A DNA stretch of 64,000 bases from an uncultured delta proteobacterium (GTDB taxonomy: Bacteria > Desulfobacterota > Syntrophia > Syntrophales > UBA2185). This document shows, piece by piece, positions 33,353 to 42,944 of the stretch. The DNA is taken from assembly GCA_963695875.1 (NCBI GenBank), contig CAVOID010000008.1:128001-192000 (forward strand), read 5' to 3'. The position numbers and the translations under genes were made by a program. Under the pieces are notes generated by a model. That model had not been told where the DNA came from, did no database searches, and saw nothing but the letters and a program-made list of their open reading frames with translations. Numbering within the stretch: the first letter of the stretch is position 1; every line of letters begins with the position of its first letter.

Positions 33353-34367
33353 TCAATAGCCAAGGAATGATAGTAACTTCCTGATCTCCCCCATCAGCTT
33401 TTCAAATCCTTGAATCGTCAAAGATTGAGGGCCGTCCGACAGGGCCTTGTCCGGTTCGGGGTGCACCTCGACCATTATACCATTTGCACCCGCCACAAGC
33501 GCTGCCATGGACATAGGCGGGACAAGGCTTCTCTTGCCTGTGGCATGAGAAGGATCGATAATTATCGGTAAATGCGACAGTTCATTAATCAGCGGTATGA
33601 CTGAAAGGTCGAGACTGTTGCGTGTGGCTGTCTCAAAGGTGCGTATGCCGCGTTCGCAGAGGATGACTTTGTGATTTCCTTCCGCATAGATGTATTCGGC
33701 CGCTGCCAGGAATTCTTCTATGGTCGCGCTCATCCCGCGTTTCAGAAGCACAGGCTTGTGTATCCTTCCTAATTCTCTCAACAGGTCGAAATTCTGCATG
33801 TTGCGGGTACCAACCTGGAGCACATCGGCATATTCCTCGACTAGCGCATACATTTTCCGGTGTCATGACTTCCGTTACAATCGGAAGCCCCGTCTCTTTT
33901 TTAGCAAGGGATAAGAAGTTTCAGTCCCTCTTTTTCAAGTCCCTGAAACGTATGAGGTCCTGTCCGCGGTTTGAAGGCGCCGCCCCTGAGAAGATCAGCT
34001 CCCATGCGCTTCACGGCCACGGCGGTTCTGATAATCTGATCTCTCGCTTTCCACGGCGCATGGACCGGCAATGACGATGGGTCTTTTTCCTTCCCCGATT
34101 TCAACATCGGCGACTTTTATTACGGTCCCTCTGTGGATGGAAATCCCTGGATACCATCTTATAAGGTTTGGTAACGTGAATTACTTCCTTCACCCCTGGA
34201 AGGTCACGGATGTTTAAATCATCTATATACCCCTTATTGCCCAGTACACCGATAGCAGTTCTCTGGCTTCCGGGGATGGGCTTGGCCGTTAATCCCATAA
34301 TTTTCACAGCCGCAATGACAGCATCAATCTGCTTGCGGTTGGCTTTGTGATGCATTACGATAAGCAA
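33353..34367 (-). CDS. aroF: DAHP synthase type I-beta with N-terminal regulatory domain (frameshifted)
   Basis: [49 protein letters not shown]. Confidence 0.92.
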
Positions 34368-34656
34368 GATTTCCTCCGGTATGTTTATTGTAGTTTCTTC
34401 AACTTGTTATTATAAGTTTAAGACAGAAATGTCAAATTATCTGATCAGAAGCGAAACATATTTAAAGAGTTTATTGATTATCTTTAAAAAATAAGGACAT
34501 CATATACTGCTTTCGGTTGAAACTCTTCGGGAGAAAATTACTTCCTGTAAGGGAGCGTTTTAATTTTTTTATAGATATACTTGCTTTCAATCCGTAATAA
34601 ATACAATTCACGCCATACCATAAACATCATACTTTACTTTTTGGGGTTATTTATCA

Positions 34657-34685
34657 TTGACATACAAGACCGAGTTTCATATATT
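34657..34685 (+). promoter_or_regulatory. Sigma-70 promoter for the lipoprotein pair
   Basis: TTGACA-17 bp-TATATT. Confidence 0.7.
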
Positions 34686-34736
34686 GCGACCATTAACAAT
34701 TAATATTCTTAAAAAAATCAAACAAAGGGGGCGAGG

Positions 34737-35135
34737 GTGGAAATGGGCTTCAAGGATAAGATGGAAGGTTTCGGCGTAGCTAAGACTATAGTCTGCTTGG
34801 CTATACTGACAATGATGTTTTATCTTCTTACTTCTTGCGCCTATGACATTGCAAATAGGTATTACGGAAATAAGACTTATCCAGCTAAACTAGTGAATGA
34901 AGTAGAAATACTGACGAAGTCTCCCACTCGACCTTACGATGTGATAGCGGATTTCCAATCTCGACGAGAAACTCCAGAAGATATGAGACGCAAAGCGGCA
35001 GAAATAGGCGCTGATGCTGTAATCGTCTCCACGTTAGGGGGTTATCGCGCAAAAGGAGAGGAATGGGCTGGTTCTGATTCTTACGCTAATACCTATACTC
35101 GAATTACGGGAACAGCAATTAAATATCGAGACTAA
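34737..35135 (+). CDS. Small lipoprotein, YbjQ/heavy-metal-binding-like fold
   Basis: Lipobox LTSC; VEIL..P.RPY...KAAEIGADAVIV pattern. Confidence 0.65.
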   Translation: MEMGFKDKMEGFGVAKTIVCLAILTMMFYLLTSCAYDIANRYYGNKTYPAKLVNEVEILTKSPTRPYDVIADFQSRRETPEDMRRKAAEIGADAVIVSTLGGYRAKGEEWAGSDSYANTYTRITGTAIKYRD

Positions 35136-35154
35136 GGCATCACAGGAGGAAAGA

Positions 35155-35502
35155 ATGAGGGTAAAAACATTATTATCGGTTGCACTGGTTTTCTTGTTCA
35201 TAGTCGGCTGCGCTATGGTAGATGTGACGAAGACAGCGAAGGGATTCTACAATGCTACTAATCCCAATGAGGTGGAAATCCTACTGACTAGACCTGAAAA
35301 ATCGTTTATTGAACTCGGTACGGTTACAGTCACAGGTTATCTCAGGGACGAAACTGCCGAGATGCATAACGCCATCCGAGCCAAAGTAGCACCGCTCGGA
35401 GCAAACGCTGTTATATTAACAAGCCAAGGTATTAACCCGAACAACAGAATATGGGCAATGGGAGTGGCTATTCGTTACAAGACCGAGAATACACAGAAGT
35501 AA
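35155..35502 (+). CDS. Small lipoprotein, paralog of the preceding gene
   Basis: AGGAGG SD, lipobox IVGC; VEILL.RP.K.F..LG...KVAPLGANAVIL. Confidence 0.7.
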   Translation: MRVKTLLSVALVFLFIVGCAMVDVTKTAKGFYNATNPNEVEILLTRPEKSFIELGTVTVTGYLRDETAEMHNAIRAKVAPLGANAVILTSQGINPNNRIWAMGVAIRYKTENTQK

Positions 35503-35924
35503 GAACGGGAAGATTGGACGTTCGACTTTTATTTGCCGAGTAGCTAAATGCATGACCAAAGAATGGGGAGGGATTCCTCTCTCCCCCAACCTTTATCCAT
35601 CTTTAATCAAAACCGGCAGATTGCATTACGACCAGTCAACTTAAACATTTCAATCGATAATCTTCGTTACCTACTCCATGTTGATGCTCACACTTTGTAG
35701 GTGTAACAAATACTATCCTTTTATCTCGTTCTTCTTGGAGTCGACACCCACCTATCTTGCCAGAACCTACATGATCACAGATGGGAATGGTGACATCCTG
35801 GTTCATTTTATTTCATAATTCCCTTGAACTATGATAAATTTAGGCGTATCAGTTAACCGATGTGATAAATTATTGATTGATTTATAACCCTACACCCAAG
35901 GAGGGTGTGATGGACTGAATATTG

Positions 35925-35960
35925 AACCCCGTTTCCCTAAAGAGATGGGGTTTTATATTT
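35925..35960 (+). terminator. Terminator-like hairpin directly upstream of the TPR gene
   Basis: AACCCCGTTTC-N6-GAGATGGGGTT followed by TTATATTT. Confidence 0.6.
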
Positions 35961-35978
35961 CAAGAAAAGAGAAGAATA

Positions 35979-36719
35979 ATGAAAAAATGTCCCTTTTGTG
36001 CTGAGGATATCCCAAGCAAAGCCATTAAATGTCGCTATTGTGGTAAAGGGATTGACACGAAACCCACAACCGGTGACTCGGACGAGCAACTAAAAAATCA
36101 GGACAAGTTGCGTGGTCAGGACTATAGTCAACCCCATAAAGCACCTAATGCGGAACAGCATAAGGATTACGCCATTTTTTTAGAGCTTTACCGTCTTGCC
36201 CATGGCAGACTCGGTTATTACAAGAAGGCAATGAAGGATTTTGATCGGGCCATAGAGCTGAACCCGAAAGATGCACATGCCTATTATAACCGAGGGCTTG
36301 CCTATGGTATGCTTGGCAACGACAATCAAGCAATAAAGGATTATGGCATGGCGATTGATCTAAACCCGAAATATGCAGACGCCTATTGTAACCGAGGGAC
36401 TGCCTATCATAATCTTGGCAACTACAATCAGGCAATAAAGGATTTTGACAAGGCGATAGAGATAAATCCAGAAGAAGTAGAGGCCTATTATAAACGGGGG
36501 GTTACCTATGGTATGCTTGACAACTACAATCAGGCAATAAAGGATTGTGACAAAGCGATCGATCTAAGCCCTAAAGATGCAGAGGCCTATTATAACCGAG
36601 GGCTTGCCTATGGTTGCCTCGGCAACGACAATCAGGCAACTAATGATCTGAGAATAGCGGCAAGATTAGGTAACCAAGGGGCACAGGACTTTTTAAGAAA
36701 AAAGGGGATTGAATGGTAG
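35979..36719 (+). CDS. Zinc-ribbon + TPR repeat protein
   Basis: MKKCPFCAE..KCRYCG then 34-aa repeats (AYYNRGLAY...AIKD..KAI.LNP) that are also visible as 102-bp DNA repeats. Confidence 0.85.
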   Translation: MKKCPFCAEDIPSKAIKCRYCGKGIDTKPTTGDSDEQLKNQDKLRGQDYSQPHKAPNAEQHKDYAIFLELYRLAHGRLGYYKKAMKDFDRAIELNPKDAHAYYNRGLAYGMLGNDNQAIKDYGMAIDLNPKYADAYCNRGTAYHNLGNYNQAIKDFDKAIEINPEEVEAYYKRGVTYGMLDNYNQAIKDCDKAIDLSPKDAEAYYNRGLAYGCLGNDNQATNDLRIAARLGNQGAQDFLRKKGIEW

Positions 36720-37415
36720 ATTGTTTGCCATCTTTCTGTTAGTCTCTACTGCCTCTTGTACGGGCATTCTGTTACAGCCCATGTTCACCGGAATTTGTTT
36801 TCTCTCGTAAATATCCCCTTTGCTGGTATAAATGGTAGCTTCTTCCCTCTATCTGTTTTTTCCATTTTGAACTGTTTGGCAGTAGGTGTACTCAACGTTA
36901 CCCTATTTACCGCTTCCTGAAGTCCTGTTTTTGGCATTTTCATTCAGAATGCATTAGTTCAAACGGAAATCAGCAATTTGGGCTGGAAAAATGGAGGCAA
37001 TTTGAGGAGGAAAATTCCCCATTGACGTCCTGGGAAAGAAAGGCTACTTTTTTTGGGTGATTGTTATTCCTATCGCGGCTTGATAAACCCACTACTTCTG
37101 GTGGAAGTCGTGGGAAGGAGTTTCCGGGAGGTCCCAATATGAAGGCTCCAGAGAAATTTTTATTCCTTTGGAGATTTTCCATTTCAGGGAACTTGCTGTT
37201 TTCGAATGAAGAAGCCCTGAAAGGTCTTGAATAACAAAGACGCTTTTTTGGCACTGCTGTACAACATCTTATATAACACGGCTTCTTGAAGCTCAAAAAC
37301 CTGGTTTTTTGTTTGATTTCCCCATGCCGTCTCGTAGGATGCTGTAAAAGACAGTCGCTGTATAAAATATAATGTTAGGCGTTTGTGGCACCAATCACAA
37401 AGAGGAGGTAATGCT

Positions 37416-38018
37416 ATGAAAAACCAAGAAGCTCTTCAGCACACGAACAGGCGGGCTCTTCTAAAGCTTACTGGGCTTGGCGTATTGGGAAGGTTGATCG
37501 GAAATGTGCTCTCACATCGTACTGTGTGCATGCTCGCATGCATAACAATTTTCATCACAATATGTGCACCGAAAATATCTACCGCGCAACAACAGGCAGT
37601 GACAATTGACATTCCTTTCGAATTAACCCAAGCAAAGATCGTTTACAACATTGCGCACGCGACCTTTACCGCGAGCGATTCGCCAGAGGGACTTTTCTTT
37701 CTCGGCCTTACTGCGAAGACAATCCACGACATCGGTGCAAAAGCTGATTTAAGGGCAGTTTTTTCGGCCGGAGCTGGGTATCTACTGTTGAACGACGAGA
37801 TGTACAATCGAGTCCGGCGGATCAACACGGGCAATCCTCATAAGGGCACAATCAAGGCGCTCATGGATCAAGGCGTGCAGTTCGAAATGTGCGGGGCTAC
37901 CATGAAGACTTATGGTTGGAGCAACAAGGATCTGTTAGCTGGCATCAAGGTCAATAGTGGTGCCAACACTCGTGTCACGCAGTTAGTACAGCAGGGATTC
38001 GTGCAGTTTCAATATTGA
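37416..38018 (+). CDS. Exported DsrE-family protein
   Basis: GAGGAGG SD; RRALLK Tat-like motif; LMDQGVQFEMCGATM..LL.GIKV......QLVQQGF. Confidence 0.75.
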   Translation: MKNQEALQHTNRRALLKLTGLGVLGRLIGNVLSHRTVCMLACITIFITICAPKISTAQQQAVTIDIPFELTQAKIVYNIAHATFTASDSPEGLFFLGLTAKTIHDIGAKADLRAVFSAGAGYLLLNDEMYNRVRRINTGNPHKGTIKALMDQGVQFEMCGATMKTYGWSNKDLLAGIKVNSGANTRVTQLVQQGFVQFQY

Positions 38019-38138
38019 CTGGTTCTTGTCGGTGTTAGGTTGCAGCCGCAGCGAAGTCCGCTGAGTATGACTATGTGGGCGGCATCAGCGTGATTGAGCT
38101 TGGGTAGTGGTCTCACCAAGGGTCATTTGGGCCTTATT

Positions 38139-38216
38139 GCCCAGCCCGGGGCCCAACCGCACGCGCCGGCTCCGCATTATGCTCGCTTTCAACCGGTAAT
38201 CCTTGGCCATCAAAGC
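38139..38216 (+). mobile_element. Decayed integron attC-like site
   Basis: GCCCAGC-CCGGG-GCCCAAC-CGCACGCGCCGG (R''-spacer-L''-like) and CCGGTAATCCTTGGCCATCAAAG (degenerate L'/R'); GTTAGGC core at 37374-37380 before the DsrE gene. Confidence 0.35.
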
Positions 38217-38529
38217 TATCTTGTGCTGCACCTTTGTAGGTGAAGCCGAGAATCCAGCCAGGACTTAATTTGCCAGATATGAGGGTGGAAATTGAGAGAG
38301 TTTAAAGAATCTTAAGCTCCTCTGAATGGGCTTAAGCGTTATAAAAGATCTATCATACAAAACAGTGGATATTTCCCCTGCTTTAAATCCCACATTCAAT
38401 TTCATTTATACATGCACCTACACCCGTTTGAGGGTAATAATCCTTCTTCTTTCTCGACAAAGAAATAAAAATGGCTTAGTATTTATAATAGATATTTCAG
38501 TAGGAAACAAACAGGAGAACAGAGGAACT

Positions 38530-39561
38530 ATGAAAATTATATTCACCAAGAATAACGGCCCCATTGACAAGCTCATCGAGCAATTGATGAAGACCGCCGA
38601 GGGCATCCGGAGGCCTGAATACGTCCGCGAAATGATCATCGCCTCACTCAAAGCAGGGCAGGAAGACGATGACAGTGCAGACCTCAAGCTGATGAACACA
38701 ACGCTCAAGGAGATGCGGTTTACTTCCAAGGTCTTCGGCCCTTACCGGAACGTGCGCAAAGTGACTGTCTTCGGCTCGGCGCGCACCCAGCCGGGTGATC
38801 CGGTGTACGAGATGGCAAAACTCTTCGGGGAAAAGCTCGCTGAGGAGGGATATATGGTCATCACCGGCGGGGGAGGAGGCATCATGCAGGCCGCCAACGA
38901 GGGAGCCGGCTCCGAGCATTCCTTCGGTGTGAACATCCGCCTGCCGTTCGAGGAAAAACCGAATCCCGTAATAGATGGCAACCCGCGCCACATAACTTAC
39001 AAATATTTTTTCAACCGCAAAGTTGCGTTCCTTAAGGAGGCCGATGCAGTGGCACTGTTCCCTGGCGGCTTCGGCACGCTCGATGAGGCAATGGAGACAC
39101 TCACCTTGGTACAAACCGGCAAACGCAATCCCATGCCGCTCGTGCTCATAGATAATCCGGAGTGTTCCTATTGGATCCACCTGATCAAGCTCCTTGAGGA
39201 AGAGCTTCTGGCTCGTAACTATATCTGCCAGTCTGACTTTGCGCTCTTCGAACGGGTTTGCTCCGTGGATGCTGCGGTGGAGAAGATTAAGCATTTCTAT
39301 CACCGCTATCACAGTATGCGGTATGTGAATGGTAATCTCGTGATCCGGCTCACGTCTCAGCTCAGCCCCGATGACATCCGAAAGCTGACAGATCAGTTTC
39401 ATGACATACTTCTGCCCGGGGGAAGTATTACGGCATCCGGGGCCTTGGAGGCTGAAATGGATGATACGGATATTGTTCATCTGCCGCGGCTTGTGATAGA
39501 CTTTAACCGCAAGGACTTCGGTAGACTCAGGAGTCTTATTGATTCGATCAATGATTTTTAA
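38530..39561 (+). CDS. LOG family (TIGR00730-like) nucleotide monophosphate nucleosidase with extensions
   Basis: VTVFGSAR, ITGGGGGIM, YFFNRK, FPGGFGTLDE. Confidence 0.9.
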   Translation: MKIIFTKNNGPIDKLIEQLMKTAEGIRRPEYVREMIIASLKAGQEDDDSADLKLMNTTLKEMRFTSKVFGPYRNVRKVTVFGSARTQPGDPVYEMAKLFGEKLAEEGYMVITGGGGGIMQAANEGAGSEHSFGVNIRLPFEEKPNPVIDGNPRHITYKYFFNRKVAFLKEADAVALFPGGFGTLDEAMETLTLVQTGKRNPMPLVLIDNPECSYWIHLIKLLEEELLARNYICQSDFALFERVCSVDAAVEKIKHFYHRYHSMRYVNGNLVIRLTSQLSPDDIRKLTDQFHDILLPGGSITASGALEAEMDDTDIVHLPRLVIDFNRKDFGRLRSLIDSINDF

Positions 39562-39720
39562 GATTTGAGAAAATGGACAGGTTGAATATATTGCACTGAA
39601 AGACTATCTGCAAAGGAAAGTATGCAGATTTAATTGATGGACCTTTAGGGAGTCATGATTTCTTACTTTTCTTGTGCTTATACATCATTGGGGGGATGGA
39701 TACTGAAATGGTTTAAAAAA

Positions 39721-39760
39721 TCTTAAGCCCCTTAGCATGGCTGCATGAAGGGGCTTAAGA
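39721..39760. terminator. Strong hairpin between convergent genes
   Basis: TCTTAAGCCCCTT-N14-AAGGGGCTTAAGA; T-run on the minus strand. Confidence 0.7.
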
Positions 39761-39811
39761 GGACAACGGATCATGAAAAGATCTCTTATGTTTTACATGA
39801 GAAGGATGATT

Positions 39812-40048
39812 TCAAAAATCCTTTCGCTTTAACCAGGCTTCCTGATAAAGCCTTCCTATACTGGTAAACAGGGCCAGAAAGAACAACCCGAGCATAAAGT
39901 TGGGAGCCGTACCCAGAACCTCATCCAGCAGGTGTCCCAGGTAGAGGAAAAGGAATGAGGCAATCACGATTACAAAGCCCCAGGAACTCAACATCAGGAT
40001 AGAGCTGTACATTCTGCGGTCTTCACGTATCTTATATCTCGTTAACAT
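39812..40048 (-). CDS. AtpZ/AtpR (ATPase gene 1)-like two-TM protein
   Basis: WGFVIV....LYLGHLLDEVLGTAP.FMLGL fits the G..LD...GT.P signature; AGGAGG SD. Confidence 0.75.
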   Translation of the reverse strand: MLTRYKIREDRRMYSSILMLSSWGFVIVIASFLFLYLGHLLDEVLGTAPNFMLGLFFLALFTSIGRLYQEAWLKRKDF

Positions 40049-40115
40049 TTCCTTAACCTCCTTTCCCTTCAGGGTAGATCACCATACCGGCATGAAAACC
40101 GGTATGATGGTATTC

Positions 40116-40391
40116 TTAGCTTACCAAGGTCTTAATGGTATTGAAAACCGGAGCCGTGAACAGGGCGATGAGAATTGTGTACATCGCGAATACGCCCATC
40201 AGCTCTCCGGTATACATCTTGGAATACTTTTGCTTCAGAGAGATGATCGTCATTCCGCCGACAATCAGACATCCGAGTTGAAAATAGGGGAATTCGCTCA
40301 CACCTGTTACTGTATACTCAGCGAAGCCGAAGGTAGCCGTCACCAGCACCACAAATATCGCCAGGACTAATGTTTTAAGTGTCTTTTTCAT
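40116..40391 (-). CDS. Small membrane protein with signal peptide
   Basis: AAGGAGG SD; signal peptide plus two hydrophobic helices. Confidence 0.75.
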   Translation of the reverse strand: MKKTLKTLVLAIFVVLVTATFGFAEYTVTGVSEFPYFQLGCLIVGGMTIISLKQKYSKMYTGELMGVFAMYTILIALFTAPVFNTIKTLVS

Positions 40392-40436
40392 GATCTGTTT
40401 CCTCCTTTGTACTTAATTTGTTTTGACTTATATTAA

Positions 40437-40453
40437 CGCATTATCCATGCCAA
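40437..40453 (-). promoter_or_regulatory. Sigma-54 (-24/-12) promoter
   Basis: TTGGCATGGATAATGCG = GG-N10-GC, 46 bp upstream of ATG 40391. Confidence 0.75.
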
Positions 40454-40615
40454 CCTTGAGAGTTTCGGGGATAAAATTTATAATATATGGATTATACGAA
40501 GCTATTACGAATTGACATGATTTCAGGATAGCTCTTCAAAACCCCAAAAAGTGAAGGGTATTTAAAGAAGCGTTAAATGACATTTAATAAAATGAGAAAT
40601 TGGAATACTAATCCT

Positions 40616-42157
40616 TTATCCTTTGGTTTTCCTGGTGAGGGTCAGTAAGATGCCGGTGAGGAGAATATAGGCGAGTGCAATCGTGTAATGCGCATGTGAT
40701 GCGACCGCCCAGGGCAGGTAGACCTCGCCCGTGGGGAGCACAGAATGGATGATGCCAAAGGGGGTGAGTATGGCACAGGTCAAGGTGCAAAGAGCGGCAA
40801 GCCGCGGCTTGCGGTCGATCATGAAGGCCAGCATGCTGCCCCAGAGGAGCGCGGTTATTATGAAGCCGTTGCTGAGTACGGTCAGGCTCTGATGCAAAAC
40901 CTGTAAACGTATTGGAAGCATGTCGGATGTAATGGCCATGGCACCAAGGAACTGGCCGAGAATAATGATAATAAGGTTTGCGATAACCGGCATGAAACTC
41001 AGACTCACGGCCGGGGAATGTGCTTCAGGCGCCTCTTTATAAGCTTGATGGACTATCTCGAAACCGATATAGATAAAGATAGGGGCCAGCACCGCCCGGG
41101 GGATTAGACCCACGATCACGGACAGGAGACCGATCAGGGAGCCGATACCGATCAGCAGCGCAGTTAAGAGGGTGTACCAGTAGGTGGCGCCCATCTTCTT
41201 ATACGCCGGATGGCCGATATAGGGTGTGGTCTGAGCCACACCGCCAAAGAAGGCAGCGATCAAAGATGTGAACGCCTCGGTCAGAAGGATATCACGTGTG
41301 CGATACTTATCGCCCGCGAGACGGGCGCTCTCTGTATTGTTGATCCCGCCGATTATTGTCATAATTCCGAAAGGGATGGCAATAGGCAAGTACTGGATGC
41401 TTTGCGGCAGAGTTTTAAGGAATGCAATGGAGAAAACGGGCAGACAAAGGGCCATCTCAAAGGTTGGCTCCTTGAACTCCGGTATGTATCCATTGTAACC
41501 CAGGATGAAATGGATCGCAGTGCCCAGAAGCACCGCAATCAGCACGCCTGGGATGCGACCGGGAAGCTGCATCTTACCTAGGAGGACGGCAAAGATAATC
41601 CCCATGGCCACCATGCCCACGACGACCTCATTGAATATCTCAATAAGCGGCAAAAACCCAAGCAGCAGAAGGCCAACACCGGCGATGGACCCGAGAAGCC
41701 CAGCCGTAGGTATGATGCGCTGCACCCAGCCGCCGAGAAAGGAAGTGATGACCTTGACAATGCCGATCATGAACAGAGCGGCTATACCGATGTGCCAGGT
41801 AAGCTCTGCGTCATGTGTGGCGATATAGGCGGGTCCGAGCACGGCATAGACCAGACCTATGGAAGTGGGTGTATCAAGACCCAGCGGCATGGCGGTGACG
41901 TCGCTGCGGCCCGTTTTCTTTCGCAGTCGGATAGCCAGATAAGTATATACAAGATCGCCGAAGAATACCCCGATGGCAGTGCCCGGGATCATACGCGTCA
42001 GTATAATATCCGCTGGATAGTTGAAGGTGAACATGAGGATGGAGCTAAAAAATATAAGCACCCCGAGGTTATCGAGAAAGAGGGCCAGAAAGGCGGTTGT
42101 TTCCCCCCAGAACCTGTCCTGATTGAACGTGGTACGTTCCTTAATCATATAATCCAT
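40616..42157 (-). CDS. NCS2/AzgA-like nucleobase permease
   Basis: Many TM segments; VTAMPLGLDTP, NTESA..AGD.Y, QTTPYIGHPAYK.MG. Confidence 0.8.
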   Translation of the reverse strand: MDYMIKERTTFNQDRFWGETTAFLALFLDNLGVLIFFSSILMFTFNYPADIILTRMIPGTAIGVFFGDLVYTYLAIRLRKKTGRSDVTAMPLGLDTPTSIGLVYAVLGPAYIATHDAELTWHIGIAALFMIGIVKVITSFLGGWVQRIIPTAGLLGSIAGVGLLLLGFLPLIEIFNEVVVGMVAMGIIFAVLLGKMQLPGRIPGVLIAVLLGTAIHFILGYNGYIPEFKEPTFEMALCLPVFSIAFLKTLPQSIQYLPIAIPFGIMTIIGGINNTESARLAGDKYRTRDILLTEAFTSLIAAFFGGVAQTTPYIGHPAYKKMGATYWYTLLTALLIGIGSLIGLLSVIVGLIPRAVLAPIFIYIGFEIVHQAYKEAPEAHSPAVSLSFMPVIANLIIIILGQFLGAMAITSDMLPIRLQVLHQSLTVLSNGFIITALLWGSMLAFMIDRKPRLAALCTLTCAILTPFGIIHSVLPTGEVYLPWAVASHAHYTIALAYILLTGILLTLTRKTKG

Positions 42158-42175
42158 GCCCCAAAGAATCGTGAA

Positions 42176-42941
42176 TTACTTCATCCGACTGAAAAGGGCG
42201 CTTCCCACCAGTACCATCAGCACCGCGAAGAAGGCAATAACACTGAGATCAACATAGAGCGGAAATGCGTTCAGACCGAGCAGGGCGCCTCTGACACCAT
42301 CGACAGTATAGGTTAGAGGGTTCAGCTTTACCAGTCCCTGCAGCCAGTCGGGGAGCCGGTCATTTACAGGGAAGAGTGCACCTGACAGGAAGAAGAGTGG
42401 GAAGACGACGAATGTAGCTATGACCTGGAAGCCCTCCAGGCTCTCGAAAAGGGAGCCGAGGGCAAGGCCCATTGAAACCATGGCTATGGAAGTTATGGTA
42501 AGTATGAGCAGGGCAAGGGGGATGCCCCAGGGGGTGATGGTAGGGAAAAGGAATGAGAAGAAGAATAGTACTACCACCTGAATTGTGACGTCGGTGCAGC
42601 CGCCGAGCACCTTCCCGAAGAATATGCTTATGCGCGATACAGGCGCCACCAGCACAGCTTTGAGCACGTCAAGCTTCCGGTCCCAGACTATATAGAGGCC
42701 GAAGAATACCGACCCGAAAAGGACGGACATCGCCAGAATCCCTGGGTATATGTAATCCTGGTAGTTGACACTCGCCGACATTGACACTGGCCCCCACACC
42801 GCCGCCGAAGAGGAATAGCCACATGAGCGGCTGGACTATGCTGGATACCACGCGGCTCTTTTCTCGCTGGAAGACCTTGATTTCACGCCACCAGATGGCG
42901 TATACACCGAGAAGCTCTTTCCGGATAAGCGTGTATTCCAT
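42176..42941 (-). CDS. ABC-2 type exporter permease (DrrB-like; frameshift near 42790)
   Basis: WREIK.F.R....SSIVQPL.WL, LVAPVSR, FFLSGALFP, NPLTY.VD. Confidence 0.88.
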
Positions 42942-42944
42942 GCC

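Noticed and set aside
35636..35806. 56-codon minus-strand ORF (also a 52-codon one near 36785-36943)
   Set aside because: No clear SD or recognisable motif; cannot be distinguished from chance.
36230..36660. 102-bp periodic DNA repeats as a CRISPR or other array
   Set aside because: Fully explained by 34-aa TPR coding repeats; there is no repeat-spacer structure and no cas genes.
36960..37300. Integron integrase remnant divergent from the putative cassette
   Set aside because: No tyrosine-recombinase motif in any frame I translated; the 108-aa ORF looks spurious.
38644..39480. Long antisense ORFs (278 aa here; also 43293..43928, 41792..42316 and similar)
   Set aside because: They are shadows of well-supported genes on the opposite strand, with no motifs or SD.
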